NCBI GenBank assembly: GCA_951406725.2
Contig: OX597816.1
Location: 155,558,001-155,622,000, forward strand
Direction: 5' to 3'
DNA from: Octopus vulgaris
Taxonomy: Eukaryota
Length of the DNA: 64,000 nt
The translations under genes and the position numbers were made by a program. The notes under the pieces were generated by a model. That model worked only from the letters and a program-made list of their open reading frames with translations. It made no database searches and was not told the origin of the DNA. Shown in pieces: positions 27,228-43,199 of the stretch; within the stretch, counting starts at the first letter, position 1, and each line of letters opens with the position of its first letter.

Positions 27228-27729
27228 AATAACCTTTGCATTTGATTTTTTGATGTCCTTACCCCCAAACTTTTGTGAGTTGAGTTAAGCAAACACTATA
27301 TGAGAGATTTTCTTTGAAAGTATTAGAAATAAAAAAGTTTTTTTAGCTGCTATTTCTAATGAGTTCAGTATGCGGCAAAGTAATTTATTTTACTAAGCCC
27401 TTTATATAATGTAATAATTTGAATTCGCCTTAAATGGTCCCTTTGCATACTGAACACTTGGTGAAATTGATTAATAATTAATTAATTTTACCCTCAATTG
27501 TTGAAATTATAATTAATCTCCCTCTAATTAATGCTTCGGATTTTACCGAAATAAGCATAGTGTTTGATGATTTTAACCCACGCTGGTGGAAAGGGGAGAA
27601 CAGAAATTCTTCGCTTGCTTATTTGAGTTTGTTGGCACTGTTAGTTACGAGCAGATCTTCGAAAGCGATGAGAAGCCGAAAGGGTATGTTCTTACTTTCA
27701 GTGTTTTCAAATCCAAACCAAGGAGTTTC

Positions 27730-27781
27730 TGAGCTGATGATAGAAGTGTCGTTTTGACTAATCTTGAAACGTACGTTCTCA
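27730..27781 (+). ncRNA. Minimal type I hammerhead ribozyme, copy 2
   Basis: Identical to 27176-27227; predicted cleavage after 27777. Confidence 0.8.
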
Positions 27782-27830
27782 AATAACCTTTGCATTTGAT
27801 TTTTTGATGTCCTTACCCCCAAACTTTTGT

Positions 27831-30735
<2,905 letters not shown>

Positions 30736-31009
30736 AAAATTTGTAAGTGTAAATTATTTAAATAACTTTTAAAATTTTAACTTTAATTTATATATTTTAA
30801 TTTGGAATTTTATATTTTTTGTATTCATATTTTATATTTTTTTAATTAATTTTTTTCTGTGTATTGGCTTATGATTTTCACCGTTTGATTTGCCTAATAG
30901 TGGTTTTATCTCTAATTTAATATAATATATACTTATACTATATTAAATTGGATTTAATCCTAAATCTAATATTTCCCTGTAAGTTTGGATTTACTCCCTA
31001 ATATTATTA

Positions 31010-31058
<49 letters not shown>

Positions 31059-31417
31059 TTTTGGCATAATGACCATCCTGAGATACATCAAAATAGGTCA
31101 ACACAAGTTCACATAAAAAATCTTACAAACCAAATACAAGAATGAAATACTCTAAAGCAATCTCCTGTTGTATTTCCCCAAGCCTTTACTTGGTTGAGAA
31201 ATCAGCATTTCAATGTTAATGACATGTTATTACAATAACTTGATGTATGATGATGTGCTTGCAATAGATTATATAGTTGATTGCTTATACACTCACTCTT
31301 ACCGCCTTTACGTGTTTAATACCACTTTTATTAACTTTCAAGAAATGCATTCTGAATTGGATTATAGGATGATGTAATTAAGTATTGCTTTACATTTATT
31401 TATTTATTTACTTAAAT

Positions 31418-31700
31418 AGCAGGCATGGTTGTATGGTTAGGAAGCTTGCTTCTCAACCACATGGTTTCAGGTTCAGTTACACTCCATGGCACCTTGGGCA
31501 AGTGCCTTGGGTCAACCAACGCCTTTTAATTGAATTTGGTTGATGGAAGCTCCTGCCGTATGTACATGTGTATGTGAGAAAGTGTTTGTGTCTCCTTTAA
31601 TAAATAGGAGGGAAAATATTACCTTGCTTAGAAACAGATGGGGGTTGGCATCAGGAAGGGCATCCAGCAGTAAAAAACTTGCCACTCAAATAATCAAAGG
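31418..31700 (+). mobile_element. Diverged tRNA-derived SINE
   Basis: GGCATGGTTGTATGGTTAGG..CAGGTTCAGTT..GGCACCTTGGGCAAGTG head. Confidence 0.75.
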
Positions 31701-31848
31701 AGAAAGTCTTAGTGACTCTCTTCAGATCCTCCGTGATTGGTGGAACGAAGTGGGAGAAGTTATCTTCAGATTGAAGACCTAAACCAAAAGCTTGGAACAG
31801 AATGGACTCCAGTAAAAGCATTGCAATGTAACAATATTTGTTTCTGCT

Positions 31849-32065
31849 AAGGTAGTGAGCTGGCAGAAATGTTAGCATGCCAGGCGAAATTCTTAAGTGT
31901 TTTTTCTATCCTTACATTCTGTGTTCAAATTCCTCCGAGGTTGACTTTGCCTTTCATCCTTTCAAGGTTGATAAATTAAATACCAGTTGCATACTGGGGT
32001 CAATCTAATCGATTTGCCCCTCCCCAAAAGTTTTGAGCCTTGTGCCTAGAGTAGAAAAGAATATT
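31849..32065 (+). mobile_element. SINE with Nin-like central domain
   Basis: GAGCTGGCAGAA..GTTCAAAT head and GACTTTGCCTTTCATCCTTTC..GATAAATTAA.TACCAG core; other copies at 38718, 44945 and 56372. Confidence 0.8.
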
Positions 32066-32117
32066 TCTTTCTGCTACTCCACTGCTCTTACCATATATGT
32101 CAACTAAACAATGTTTC

Positions 32118-32295
32118 TGTTGCCTTACTATAGTTGCCAGCTGTATATAGTTGCCAGCTGTATATAGTTGCCGGCTGTATAGTTGCCGGCTGTATAGTTG
32201 CCGGCTGTATAGTTGCCGGCTGTATAGTTGCCAGCTGTATAGTTGCCAGCTGTATAGTTACTATAGTTGCCTTACTATAGTTGCCAGCTGTATAG
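32118..32295. repeat. 15 bp minisatellite (TATAGTTGCCRGCTG)n
   Basis: About 9-10 units, with outer units ending TTGCCTTAC. Confidence 0.95.
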
Positions 32296-32857
32296 CATCT
32301 CTTAACACTTTTTGGGACTGAACCATCAGAATACAATATGTATTTTAGTAATGGATGCTATAAACTCTAGCAACACAGCAAAGAACACTTTTTACAATTA
32401 GTCATTTATAAAAAGAAGAAAGAACATTTCTCAGCATGAATGTTTTTGCTCTTTTGGTTAATCCTAAAGCCAACAGAAAGCTGAATTGGCCCTACTAACC
32501 AATTGGCACAATTTTCTTATTAATCACAGATGGGCTGATAGGTTAAAGACTTAAGCGAACATGCTAATCTGATGGGATTTGAAACCCTAATGCAGGAAGA
32601 AGAAACTAAATAATTTCTTTGTACTTTTCTGCCGTTACACACAATTCAACAACATCTGTAAAAATAATTTAGGTTTGTGCATTAAAACATGTTACAACTG
32701 GCAACAATGGCATATATATATGTGTGTGTGTGTGTGTGTGCATGTGTGTTTTCATACACACACACTCATATGATATATATGTATATGTGTATACATGTGT
32801 GTGTATATGTATGTTTTCATACACACACACACATATATATGATATATATACGTATAG

Positions 32858-32888
<31 letters not shown>

Positions 32889-33199
32889 CGTGTGTGTGTG
32901 TGTGCACGTGTGTGCATGCATTTATCAGAAAGAAGGAAAAGATAATTATCCCTCAATTGGTGTAAACAACAGTTTCCATTTCAGGTTTGGAAAAGCTGAA
33001 TAATGTTATGCTTGTGCAGCGAACACTTTCATCCCATCGTCTCAATCTAAACCAATCTTTGTCACAACAACATCAGTAAATAAAAGAAGTAAGAAACTTG
33101 GAAAAAATATTCAAACATTGTTTTGTAAAAATTACACAGAAACTTTATAGGTAGTTGATACAAAATAATTTCACAACTTTGTTTGCAGAGTTGAATTCT

Positions 33200-34000
33200 G
33201 TTTCAGTTAAATACATTTTGTTCTGGTATTAATGATGGTAGTTTTGCCCACTGTGACTTGAGGCGAATATTTCGTTGCCATTGTCGTTCATGTCTGAAAT
33301 AAGTAGACAGATGGAATATTTAATAACAAGGCTACACAATTTCAAATTATACCATACAGCAAATACATTAGCGGAAAATATGAAGTGGTCACACTTCTTC
33401 AAAAAGTTTGTGAGGATTGATCATCAATGTTTGCACGAATGACCAAACTGACATGTTCAATTACAACAGCAGTAGATATTTACTTAGAAGTAGTTCTTAT
33501 CACTATGTACAAATTAACGGCTTTCCAAAGAGTATTGCCAGACACAAATTTTAATAAAATGTTCTGTATGTGTGCAATTAATAAAGAGTTTGGAAAACAC
33601 CAAAGACACGATATAAATATTAAAAGGTAGAATTAACAAACATTAGAGATGTATGATAAGATAAAAGTGAAGATCTTGAAAGTGTTGTCCACAATAGCTA
33701 GTGTTATGACAAAGATAAGGACTATTTAACCAGGTCAAGTTATAGCAAAGCATCTCAATGCTTTTTAATTTGAAATTGCTGTCCATGTTTGTGTTGGAAC
33801 CAAAGTTGTTCTAAACACAACTGAGTAAGTGTAAGAGTCTTTATATGTGTGTAATATGTGCTTAATATAGAAATACATGTACAAGGAGTTTCTTTCTGGA
33901 AATGTCTAAAACGTAAATAAGACAAAATATCAGTGAAGGACCCTGCAAGATATTTCAAGTTACTTTTTGAGATTTCACTGAAAATTCTTTCTAGAATATT
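33200..34000 (-). mobile_element. Highly degenerate piggyBac transposase remnant
   Basis: GSFTDILSYLRFRHF (cf. RFxEIxRYLRFDD) and KFVSGNTLWKAV (cf. KFGIKFWLAV) in broken frames. Confidence 0.35.
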
Positions 34001-34347
34001 TAATTGAATTCCTCAGAAAAATGAAAAGCTTGTTTCTAAACAGGAACACCACAATGAGAAATCATAAATAGCATGTATTATATAGTTGTTTCCAAGTGCA
34101 TGAGATAACAGATAATAGCCACTGCAACTAATCCTAATCTGATTTATACTATGTTAAAATCAAGCTTATGCAACAAATGAACATGTCTTGTTTGTTAAAT
34201 GTGGACTTCAACACTAATCACATATATAATAAGGCTAAATTTGCTTTCATATATGAAATGATTTTTCTGTTTATGAAATAACAGTGTATGATATATTAAT
34301 ATAAGATATCCTACACTATTATTTTCTTTTGCTGATGGCCACATCTA

Positions 34348-34549
34348 CAAGGGGTTGCTGAAAAGTTCCTGGCTTTAAGAGTATTGCAAAAAGCTTGGTT
34401 GGAGGAGCAAACTGCTGAGTTCTTTTACAGGGCTTAGAAAAAACTGAAGGACCACCGACTCTGAGAAGGGAATACATTGAATAAAATAAAGTAACTGATT
34501 CTGTATTTTCTTATACCCAAAAACCAGGAACTTTTCAGCATCTCCTATG
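34348..34549. mobile_element. Mariner-derived MITE
   Basis: TIRs AGGGGTTGCTGAAAAGTTCCTGG / CCAGGAACTTTTCAGCATCTCCT, preceded by TA. Confidence 0.85.
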
Positions 34550-34763
34550 TTAGCTACTGTTTCTCTATGAAAACCATACAATTGGTTATAGTTGTATTGG
34601 GGATCACATGATGCTAGTTATACACAATCTGATACGATTCATGAGCATTTGGATTGTCAATTCATTTCATACAATTCTAATCTTGATTCAAAACTATAAC
34701 ACACATTGTGATTAATATTTTGAAATTTTAATTTTTAAATTTTATAGTCATCATCCTCGCCTG

Positions 34764-34994
34764 TAGGTGTAGCTGTGAGGTAAATAGTTTGCTTTCTACT
34801 CACATGGTTTTAGATTCAGCCCCACTTCATGGCACCTTGGGCAAGTGTCCCCTACTATAGCCTCAAGGCAATCACTGCTTTGTGTGTGGATTTGGTAGAT
34901 AGAAACCGGAAGCTTCTTGTGTGTATGTGTGTCTGTCTATACACATACATATATATACATATTTATACACACATACACACACACACATATACAT

Positions 34995-35033
<39 letters not shown>

Positions 35034-35307
35034 CACACACACACACACCCACACACCCACAAACATTTAGATAGATAGACAGACGTGTGTTTTGATTGTT
35101 TCCTTGCCTTGAAATCATGAGATAGTTGTAAACAAGTGCCACCATCATGTGAGCAGTGTCCTTCATTTCTTTCATAAAAATGTCTGGTCATGGGAAAATA
35201 TCATCTTGCCTAGAAATAGGAGAGAGTTAATGGCAAGGGTATTCAACCATAGAAAATTCACCTCCACATTATACAGTTGAATCCATGTAGGCATGAAAAA
35301 GTAGAGG
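34764..35307 (+). mobile_element. Diverged tRNA-derived SINE, 3' end interrupted by the piggyBac
   Basis: SINE head (GGCACCTTGGGCAAGTG), internal CA tract; RTE-type tail ..GTTAA continues after 38670 as ATGATAATGATGA. Confidence 0.7.
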
Positions 35308-35311
35308 TTAA

Positions 35312-38300
35312 CACGTTGCCTGCCACAGGATAGTGATATGATCTGTTTCTATTTGCCAAAAGGGTTTTATTAACTTTCTCAAATCAGAAAGCTGAAATAT
35401 TTTGTGTGATGGTGTATAGATACATAATACATGTACGTACACTACAATGATGTGAAATGAGTTATCTCGTAGCAATGCAAAGTGCTCAGATTGATTTGCT
35501 ATGAAGGCTTTGAAGGTATGTTATTTATTATTTGACTGTCTTTTTATTGTATAATGTTTTATTTTTTCAGATTTATAAAGAACTATTAAAAATTTTGATT
35601 TGTAATATATAAGATGCCAAAAAGCCTCTCCAATGAAATAATTGCTGGAATGCTTCAGGAACTCAAGGAAAATGAACTATTGGAAGGTGATATCTTAGAG
35701 ACTGAGAGTGAATACTCAGATGCTTTGGATAAAAATTATATTGCTTATACCAGTGGAAGTAACACTAGTGACGCCAGTTCTACTAACAAAGATGAACAAT
35801 TAGTTGCTCAAGGTTATAAGAGACAATGCAGTTCTCTTGCACCAACTGCACCAAGTTCTCCGGCACCAACTGCATTGACATCTAATACTTGGTCAAATGC
35901 AGTGACAAATCCACCTAATTTTCTCTTCATCGCAACTGAAGATTCAACTCAACACTAACACTATAGGAGAAGTTATCGACCAATTCCTGACAGATGAATT
36001 TTGGACTGTATTAGTTGAGGAAACTAATGCTTATGTTATACAGATATTAAATCAACAGCAAGGTCTTGTATGAAGATCATCTCAGTTCAAAGAGTGGCAC
36101 ACAACAAATGTGACAGAAATGTAGTGTTTCTTTGGCCTGATGTTACAAATGGGTACATGTCCCAAACCATCTGTAGAAAGTTATTGGTCCACTAACATTT
36201 TATACAAATCTCCTCTTTTTCCTTCTGTAATGAGCCAGAATCATTTTCAGTTGCTGCTCCAATTTCTTCATTTTTCAAACAAGGAAGAAGAATGGTGATA
36301 ATTAGCATAAAATTAATCCCATTTTTAGATATTTCAATAACTGTGTGTATCAAGTGGTATTGTTCAAAAAATTCTCATCTATTCAGGAAAGTAAATACTC
36401 CAACTGGCATCTTGGGGCATTCAGGTCAAGTTGTTCTTAGTCTGATGGATGAGTTCTTTGATAAAGGTTATATTCTGTACACAGATAATTACTACAACTC
36501 TGTTCCTTTGACAAAAGCAATGTCACAGCGATCTACATATATATGTGGAACTCTAGGCTTACCCAAAAAGACAACCTCAAGAATTTGGTAAAAAATGGAT
36601 AAGATCAGACGAAGTAGTTGTGTGCAAATGGAAAGACAAGAGAGACTTATTGACAACTAGCAGTATAACCTGGCCTTGCCTGGGATTAAGTTATGATTAT
36701 TAAGCTAATCAAGTTCTTTATTTCAAACCAAACTAAGTAATATAGACATCAAATTTGGGTGAAATCCATTGAAATTAGTTATATTATGTATATATATATA
36801 TATATTTATTATATAATTATAATATAATATAAATATATATGGGCAACAGACACGAACACACATAAACACACGTACGTATGTACACCTATTGCATGTTTTG
36901 TGCATGCATACATGTTCATAAACAGAAATGAATGGAAAAAATGTTAAATTTGTAGATTAAAACTCGCACAATTTTCACTAAGAAAAAAGATCGTTTTTTT
37001 TTTTTTTCTTTTGCATGGAATCAACTACTCTGGCCTCAAAACCCTTTTTGTGGTCTGTGAAATGGAGTGGGGTGTGGTGGAAGCCTCGCAAATTGTACCC
37101 ATTTATATTGTGTAATTTACTGACAACTTGTTACTCACCTCTTTGTTTCTTTGTTGTTAAATAATGGATTGTCAACAAAACACTTTTTACTCGACGTAAA
37201 ATAAAAACAAAACTCTTTCACACCCAAAGTAATGTGTGAGAGAGAGAGGTGGGGGGGAGAAAGATGAACGATTTAAATTAAATAAATGATTTTAAAATAA
37301 ATATATTGTAATTGTTGTGTGAGAAAGTATATATATTATGGTTATAAAATATAGTGTGCTTTCAAAAACAAAAAACAAAACATTTTATTTTTTTATGAAC
37401 GTAGTCACTCTCTCTCTCTTTCACTTTATCTTTCCCGTGAAACTCTCTGCCTCCTTCTTCCACTTTTCTTTATCTTATTTTTTTTTGTTAGATGCCATCA
37501 AAAAGCAATGGCTGATATTTGTTATGGTTAAAAGCTATGGCTGAAAATAGATTTTTACCATATCCGTGGGTGCCTTGGGAAAAAAATAAGTTGACAAAAC
37601 CTAGATAGGATGTTGACAAATGTACTCCTAAAATTTGAGCGACATGAGTGCTAATTTGTGGATGTGCATAAATCACAATCACGTATACACATCCTCCTTT
37701 TTATAGATATGATTAGTAATATGCACCAAGTGGAAATAGTAAATGGGATAAATTGTAATGGAAAAAAACCCCAAAGAAGCCCAATATTGGAAGAGATTAT
37801 AACAATGGTATGTCAGGAGTAGATAGATCAGATCAAATGCTTTCCTATTATTCTTGTCCTTGGAAACACTCCATTGGTACAAGAAAACTGGTCTACACAT
37901 CTTTGAAATTCTCATCTATGATGCCCACAAGTTGTTTTGCAAAGTAGAAAACACAGTAGAAAATACTCAAATGAAACTTGTAAAGATAATGTAGTGCTGC
38001 ATGTGCTTGGTGAACATATATGAAAAGAAACTCCAGTTCCAGGAGTAGATTTCCATTACTTGGAAGCAATTCTACCTACAGAAAAGAAACAAAGGCCAAC
38101 CAAACCATGTAGGGTGTGCAGAGGAAAGAAACTTCGTAAAGAAACTAGGTATGTTTATTCTGCATTATAGACATTATGTCTATAATTTTTTGAATAAACA
38201 TGTTTTCTTTTATTTCAATTTAGTTAGAAAAGGAATAAAAATAGGTTCCAATTATAAGCTTCAATAACAAAATATTTTTCAGTAATCTTTCTGTATTTTT

Positions 38301-38666
38301 ACACTTAATTTTTCAGTTTATAATGTATTTCAATTTAGAGAAATTAAACTTTTATATGCTATTACAACCCAAATGTAAAAAATTGCAATAAATAAAGGAA
38401 ATATGTTTTCTTATACCTGATATATATATATATAGATGTTTTACCAAATTTATTTCCTGGTAGGTGCCATAATACGAGTTAACTCATATCATTGGGCAAA
38501 TAAAAGGTGTCTTTAGTGTTTCCACAACACACTCACAATGTTAGTTCCAGACGCCATTTCATTTTAAGCGCGTTACAATAAAATAGACCTCTACGAGTAT
38601 GCTCATACCTGGCAAAATTGTATAGATTGCCAACTACAAGATAACTAGTAGTTGGCAGTCAACGTG
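35312..38666 (+). mobile_element. Full-span decayed piggyBac transposon with TIRs and TTAA target duplication
   Basis: TTAA|CACGTTGCCTGCCA ... TGGCAGTCAACGTG|TTAA; remnants YWST..FLHF, GYILYTDNYYNS..ICGTL, WKDKRD, SGVDRSDQMLSYY, C-terminal CRVC..RKETRY; ~1 kb insertion at ~36670-37730. Confidence 0.92.
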
Positions 38667-38717
38667 TTAAACTGATTATGATAATGATGACAATGACTCT
38701 TACATACTAACAGTGAA

Positions 38718-38900
38718 GAAGGTGGTGAGCTGGTAGAATTGTTAGCATGCTGGGCAAAATGCTTAGCATTTTGTTTGTCTTTATGTTCTGAGTTCAATTC
38801 CTGCTACAGTCGAATTTGTCTTTCATCCTTTTGGGGTCAATAAAATAAGTATTAGTTGAGAACTGGGGGTCAATATAATTGACTTGCCCATTCCCCCAAT
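38718..38900 (+). mobile_element. Nin-like SINE
   Basis: GGTGGTGAGCTGGTAGAA..CTTTCATCCTTTTGGGGTCAATAAAATAAGTA. Confidence 0.8.
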
Positions 38901-39559
38901 CTTTGAACCATATTAGTTAGCAGTGGAGGATTATATATGCACAGTATGAGTGCTCTAATTTTATTGTTAACCAGTCAACTGTAGAAGGAAAGGAACCTGT
39001 TTTGGCCCATTAGAGAGAAACTGAATCATGCAGAGTTACTTATGTGTATTTCATCTTCAGGGTAGCTGGACAACAACAGGTGTAATGTTTGTAGTAGGAA
39101 GAGTTCAACACCTGCTGGTGTATATTTGAAGTTCAACACCTTATGTAATGTTTTCTAAAGAAATTAATTGGGTCTACACAACAACATTGCTGACAAGAAG
39201 AAAAGATACAAGTCTTCATAATCTAGAGATTTGGGGTTAGATTTGTAATACAAGCAGAAGTTGCCTATGTTGGTGTTGTGAAATGAAGTAGAGACTAAGG
39301 ATTGAAATAGGGACCTTTCATTGAAAAACGTGTTTTAGAGGGCTGTATATGGTACTAAACAGAATGTGAAAAGTGACGAGAGAGAGAGAGAGAGAGAGAG
39401 AAATAATAGAATGTAAAAAATTAGAAGTGAGGGGCAAGTGACAAGAGACAAGGCAGTTCAGAGTATGGTAGAAGGAACAATGGAAATAGGTGAAAAGAAA
39501 GCAAGAAAACAATTGAAAGACAACCAAAAGGATAAAAATAACATCAATGTACTGAAAGA

Positions 39560-40000
39560 ATGGCATACCTTGTCTTCAGGATATTTTCTAGTAAAGATTC
39601 CAGTGAAGTTTCAACAACAAAAGTAGCCATGTGAGTATTGGTTTCTTTGTAGAATGTTTCCAATATTGGAATTGTATCCAGTCGGAATATGAAGAAAGAA
39701 GTATTTTCATCTGTATGAATGCCATTAGCATCATCAAAGGAAGCTGTGAACGAAAGCAAAATAATTGTATTGAAAACATTGACATCCAACTTGATACTAG
39801 ATTTTCTAGTACATAAGCAAACAGTTCATATCTTGTCAACAAACAGTGCAGCAACTCGTATGACTCATAATTTAGCCACAACCTGGTCTATTCAGACAAA
39901 CCTCTTGACTCCTTCCACAGACTGTTTTCCTACTTGCAAATGTATCATTTGTATCAGTTTCACTAGTCTGAGAAGGCGTGCAAAGATCATGGACTGTGCC
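39560..40000 (-). mobile_element. Possible hAT (GTF2IRD2/Charlie-like) transposase remnant
   Basis: Weak similarity: FASRKTV (cf. LSRRTV) and ASFDDANGIHTDENTSFFIFR (cf. ALDESTDxxDxxQLxIFIR). Confidence 0.25.
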
Positions 40001-40399
40001 TCAACTTACCAGACTGACAAATAATTATGATTGACATCAATATCCAAAAACATCAAATAATCCAAAATCTAACAAAATATAAATGATGCACCACAGCATG
40101 AAACAGTTTATTGTTGTAAAGTTAGGGAGCAAAGTAGGGGTAAGGCTTGCTAATTCAGTTTGTAAATTTTAGTTGGGGATAACAGTCTCAACCAATGTGA
40201 CTTGTTCTTATTTCAGGTAAATATTTTGGTGATGCTGGGAACCAACATCATGATTAAATCTAAAGAATGTAATGCATTTAATCAAACAGACATACTGGAA
40301 GAAAGTTACATCCAAAGGCCTCACGAAGACTGATACCTCTGAGATATGCTGTGACTGTGAAGACTCGACAAATGAAGTGAGTTCATGGCTCACAGGATG

Positions 40400-40832
40400 G
40401 CCTGCTGTGCCAACCTTGGATCATAGAGTGACCCGCTGTTCTTGAGGAGACCTACTGAGTCAAGTACATCAACACCAACATCAAAATGAAAATCAAATGG
40501 AAATTGTAGTTATGATACCAGTGCAGATGACACGTAAAGAGCATTGTCAGAACATGGCAGATGCCAGTGCCGCATAACTGGTGTCGGTGACATGTAGAAG
40601 CACCAACCAATCATGGCTGTGTGCAAGCCTCCTCTGGCCCCTGTGCCGGTGGTACATAAAAAGCACCCACTACACTCACGGAGTGGTTGGTGTTAGGAAG
40701 GGCATCTAGCTGTAGAAACACTGCCAGATCAGACTGGAGCCTGGTGCAGCCGCCTGGCTTCCCAGACCCTGGTCGAACCATCCAACCCACACTAGCATGG
40801 AAAACGGATGTTAAACGATGATGATGATGATG
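40400..40832 (+). mobile_element. RTE LINE 3'UTR fragment
   Basis: AAAAGCACCCACTACACTCACGGAGTGGTTGG..GTTAAAC(GAT)n. Confidence 0.85.
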
Positions 40833-41471
40833 AGTGAATGAGTGTGTGTAGACGTAAGTACATTTGAATGTATATATGTATGTACACACATATGCAAACA
40901 CATGTATGCAGATATACATATATGGTTTCAGACATGTTTTTTTTTTTATTGATGAATAGAATTATTACATCACACAAAAAAAATAACCCATTTTCATCAG
41001 GTGAATACATGTACGAATTAAACATTTCAAAACATCATGACTCTTCAATGAAATTTGGTCTGTGTTTACTTTAGTAAGTACAGAGCTTTGTAAGTGATAG
41101 CAATTTCACTGACTCAACCTCGGTGCTTTACTATCTAATGACCTAATTTGTTTGGACCCTGAACCTTTATAAATATGTGTGTGTATACACAAATGGAAAA
41201 CAAGTATAGAGATAATTTCTTGTTTATTCAATACATTTTTACACATATTTCATGAACATGTTGTGTAACAAAATTACATTAGAAGATCACCAGATATTGT
41301 ATAACAAATATAAAACAACTTTCAGTTATATAATAGTAAGTAGCTGGGTTGAAAAAGGTCAAGAATTTACATAAATAATAAAGTGGGTAGAGTAGATAAT
41401 TTTTCTTATCACAGTAGACACACACACACACATATATAAGCATATATGCAAATATAGATATAATCTTATAT

Positions 41472-41512
<41 letters not shown>

Positions 41513-41539
41513 TACATATACATGTATATCTATCTATCT

Positions 41540-41790
41540 ATTCTTTTACTTGTTTCAGTCATTTGACAGCGGCCATGCTGGAGCACTGCCTTTAGTCGAG
41601 CAAATCAACCCCAGGACTTATTCTTTATAAGCCTAGTACTTATTCTATCAGTCTCTTTTGCCAAACTGCTGAGTTACGGAGACATAAACACACCAGCATC
41701 GGTTGTCAAGCGATGGTGGAGGGACAAACATGGACACACAAACACACACACAGACATATATATATGTGTGTGTGTGTGTGTGTGTACGTA
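41540..41790 (-). mobile_element. SINE 3' half (same family as 6143-6553)
   Basis: TACTTGTTTCAGTCATTTGAC..GGCCATGCTGGAGCAC. Confidence 0.9.
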
Positions 41791-42099
41791 TATATACATG
41801 TGTATATATATGCATGCATGTATAAACACACATACATAAAATAAAACATGCAAATCTGCACATGCACTGGCTCCAAATACAGCACATGTATACACATAAA
41901 TGTAAAATTAGCCTGTTGATGTTGTTGAAATTCCAATGAAGGTTGCCTTGGATCTAGATTAGAAACTGGCTCTTTCTCTATTGGTAAGAAATTTTGAAAT
42001 AAAACTGAATAATAACATACATATATACATACATATATGTAAAGTTTAGTAAAAACTGGTAACTCCATCAATTGTGATATTTTGAAATACACTTATAAA

Positions 42100-42430
42100 G
42101 ATAATTACAAGATGTGTCCTAAGAGCTCACATATCCCAGCAAAATCCCTGGAATATGGTACATCATATAAGTCACCAAGAAGGATCATGTGCAAACATCG
42201 TTGAAATTTATGTAGGAGAAACTACTTGAAGTCTGAGTGAAAGATCTGATGAAAAGAAACCACTGGGCCATTGCAACTCCACCTAATTCATTTTACAAAT
42301 ATTGAAAAAAAAGAAAAAGGAACTTCAAGAGATAAATGCAAAAGATATTTAAAAGATTTAAGGGATAATTGTAAAAAAATAAATGGTAAGCACTGATAAT
42401 GACTACATTGAAAGTTTAATTATCACAAAG
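42100..42430 (+). mobile_element. Degenerate PLE GIY-YIG endonuclease remnant
   Basis: Frame from ~42152: NMVHHISHQEGSCANIVEIYVGETT*SLSERSDE. Confidence 0.55.
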
Positions 42431-43199
42431 TTCCTCTGTGGCATGAGCTTGATTTGTTCAATCAAGCATTCAATTAGTTTACATGTTGATGTGGTGCATG
42501 CACACTGTATTCACATTCCCTCTGCAACAATTTTCTCTTAAAACTTTTCTGTTCATTTTTAGAGTTGCTAACGTAGCTTATTTCATGCTAGATCCCATGT
42601 ACTTTAAAATAATATATAGAAATAGTCATCTAATGGATATCTGCAAATCTTAATTTTAAAACTAATGAAGCATAATCTAGTTCGTTTTTCTGCTGTTAAC
42701 AATTTTGTAATTTTAATCAGATGACTGATTTACACTTCGTGTCTTACATTTGTCAGTTTTGGGTGAGAATATCATAGTAGTGACAGTTAAGAATATAAGT
42801 ACTGTTTATGACATTATATCGATCTAAAATAGCCTGTTACTTAACAATCTTTCATTTGTACTTTGTGAACATATGTATATACTCTTCATCCTTTTATTCT
42901 GTCCCTTAATCAAATATAATTTGTATATCACTTATCTTCTGAACATTAAGAAGATAATTGATACAGAAACTGGTTTTGATTAAATGGTGGAGTAAAGGGG
43001 TGAAAATGTATTTTAGTGTAAATTAAAAGTTTTGATTTTAAAATTAGAGATTAAGAAATAGATATGTATATCTAGTACTGCAAAAAAATAAATAAAAGAG
43101 GAATTTTATATCTAGTTAAGTTTAATGGTTTTACTTTTTGTGTAATTATCTAGTAACATTAATGAATGTATATTAGTTTTTTGAAATCATTATTGTATT

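Larger units (their letters stand above)
26746..27830 (+). mobile_element. ORF-less tandem/inverted element with two hammerheads (retrozyme-like or non-autonomous PLE)
   Basis: 26975-27276 repeated at 27530-27830; 26746-26895 is an inverted copy of 27267-27409; both ends lie in (TA)n. Confidence 0.75.

Noticed and set aside
27086-27822. Short ORFs within the tandem HHR unit
   Set aside because: Non-ATG starts, differ between copies by a frameshift, and show no recognisable motif.
39040-39062. Minus-strand CTGAAGA-T-GAAA
   Set aside because: No stems; chance match.
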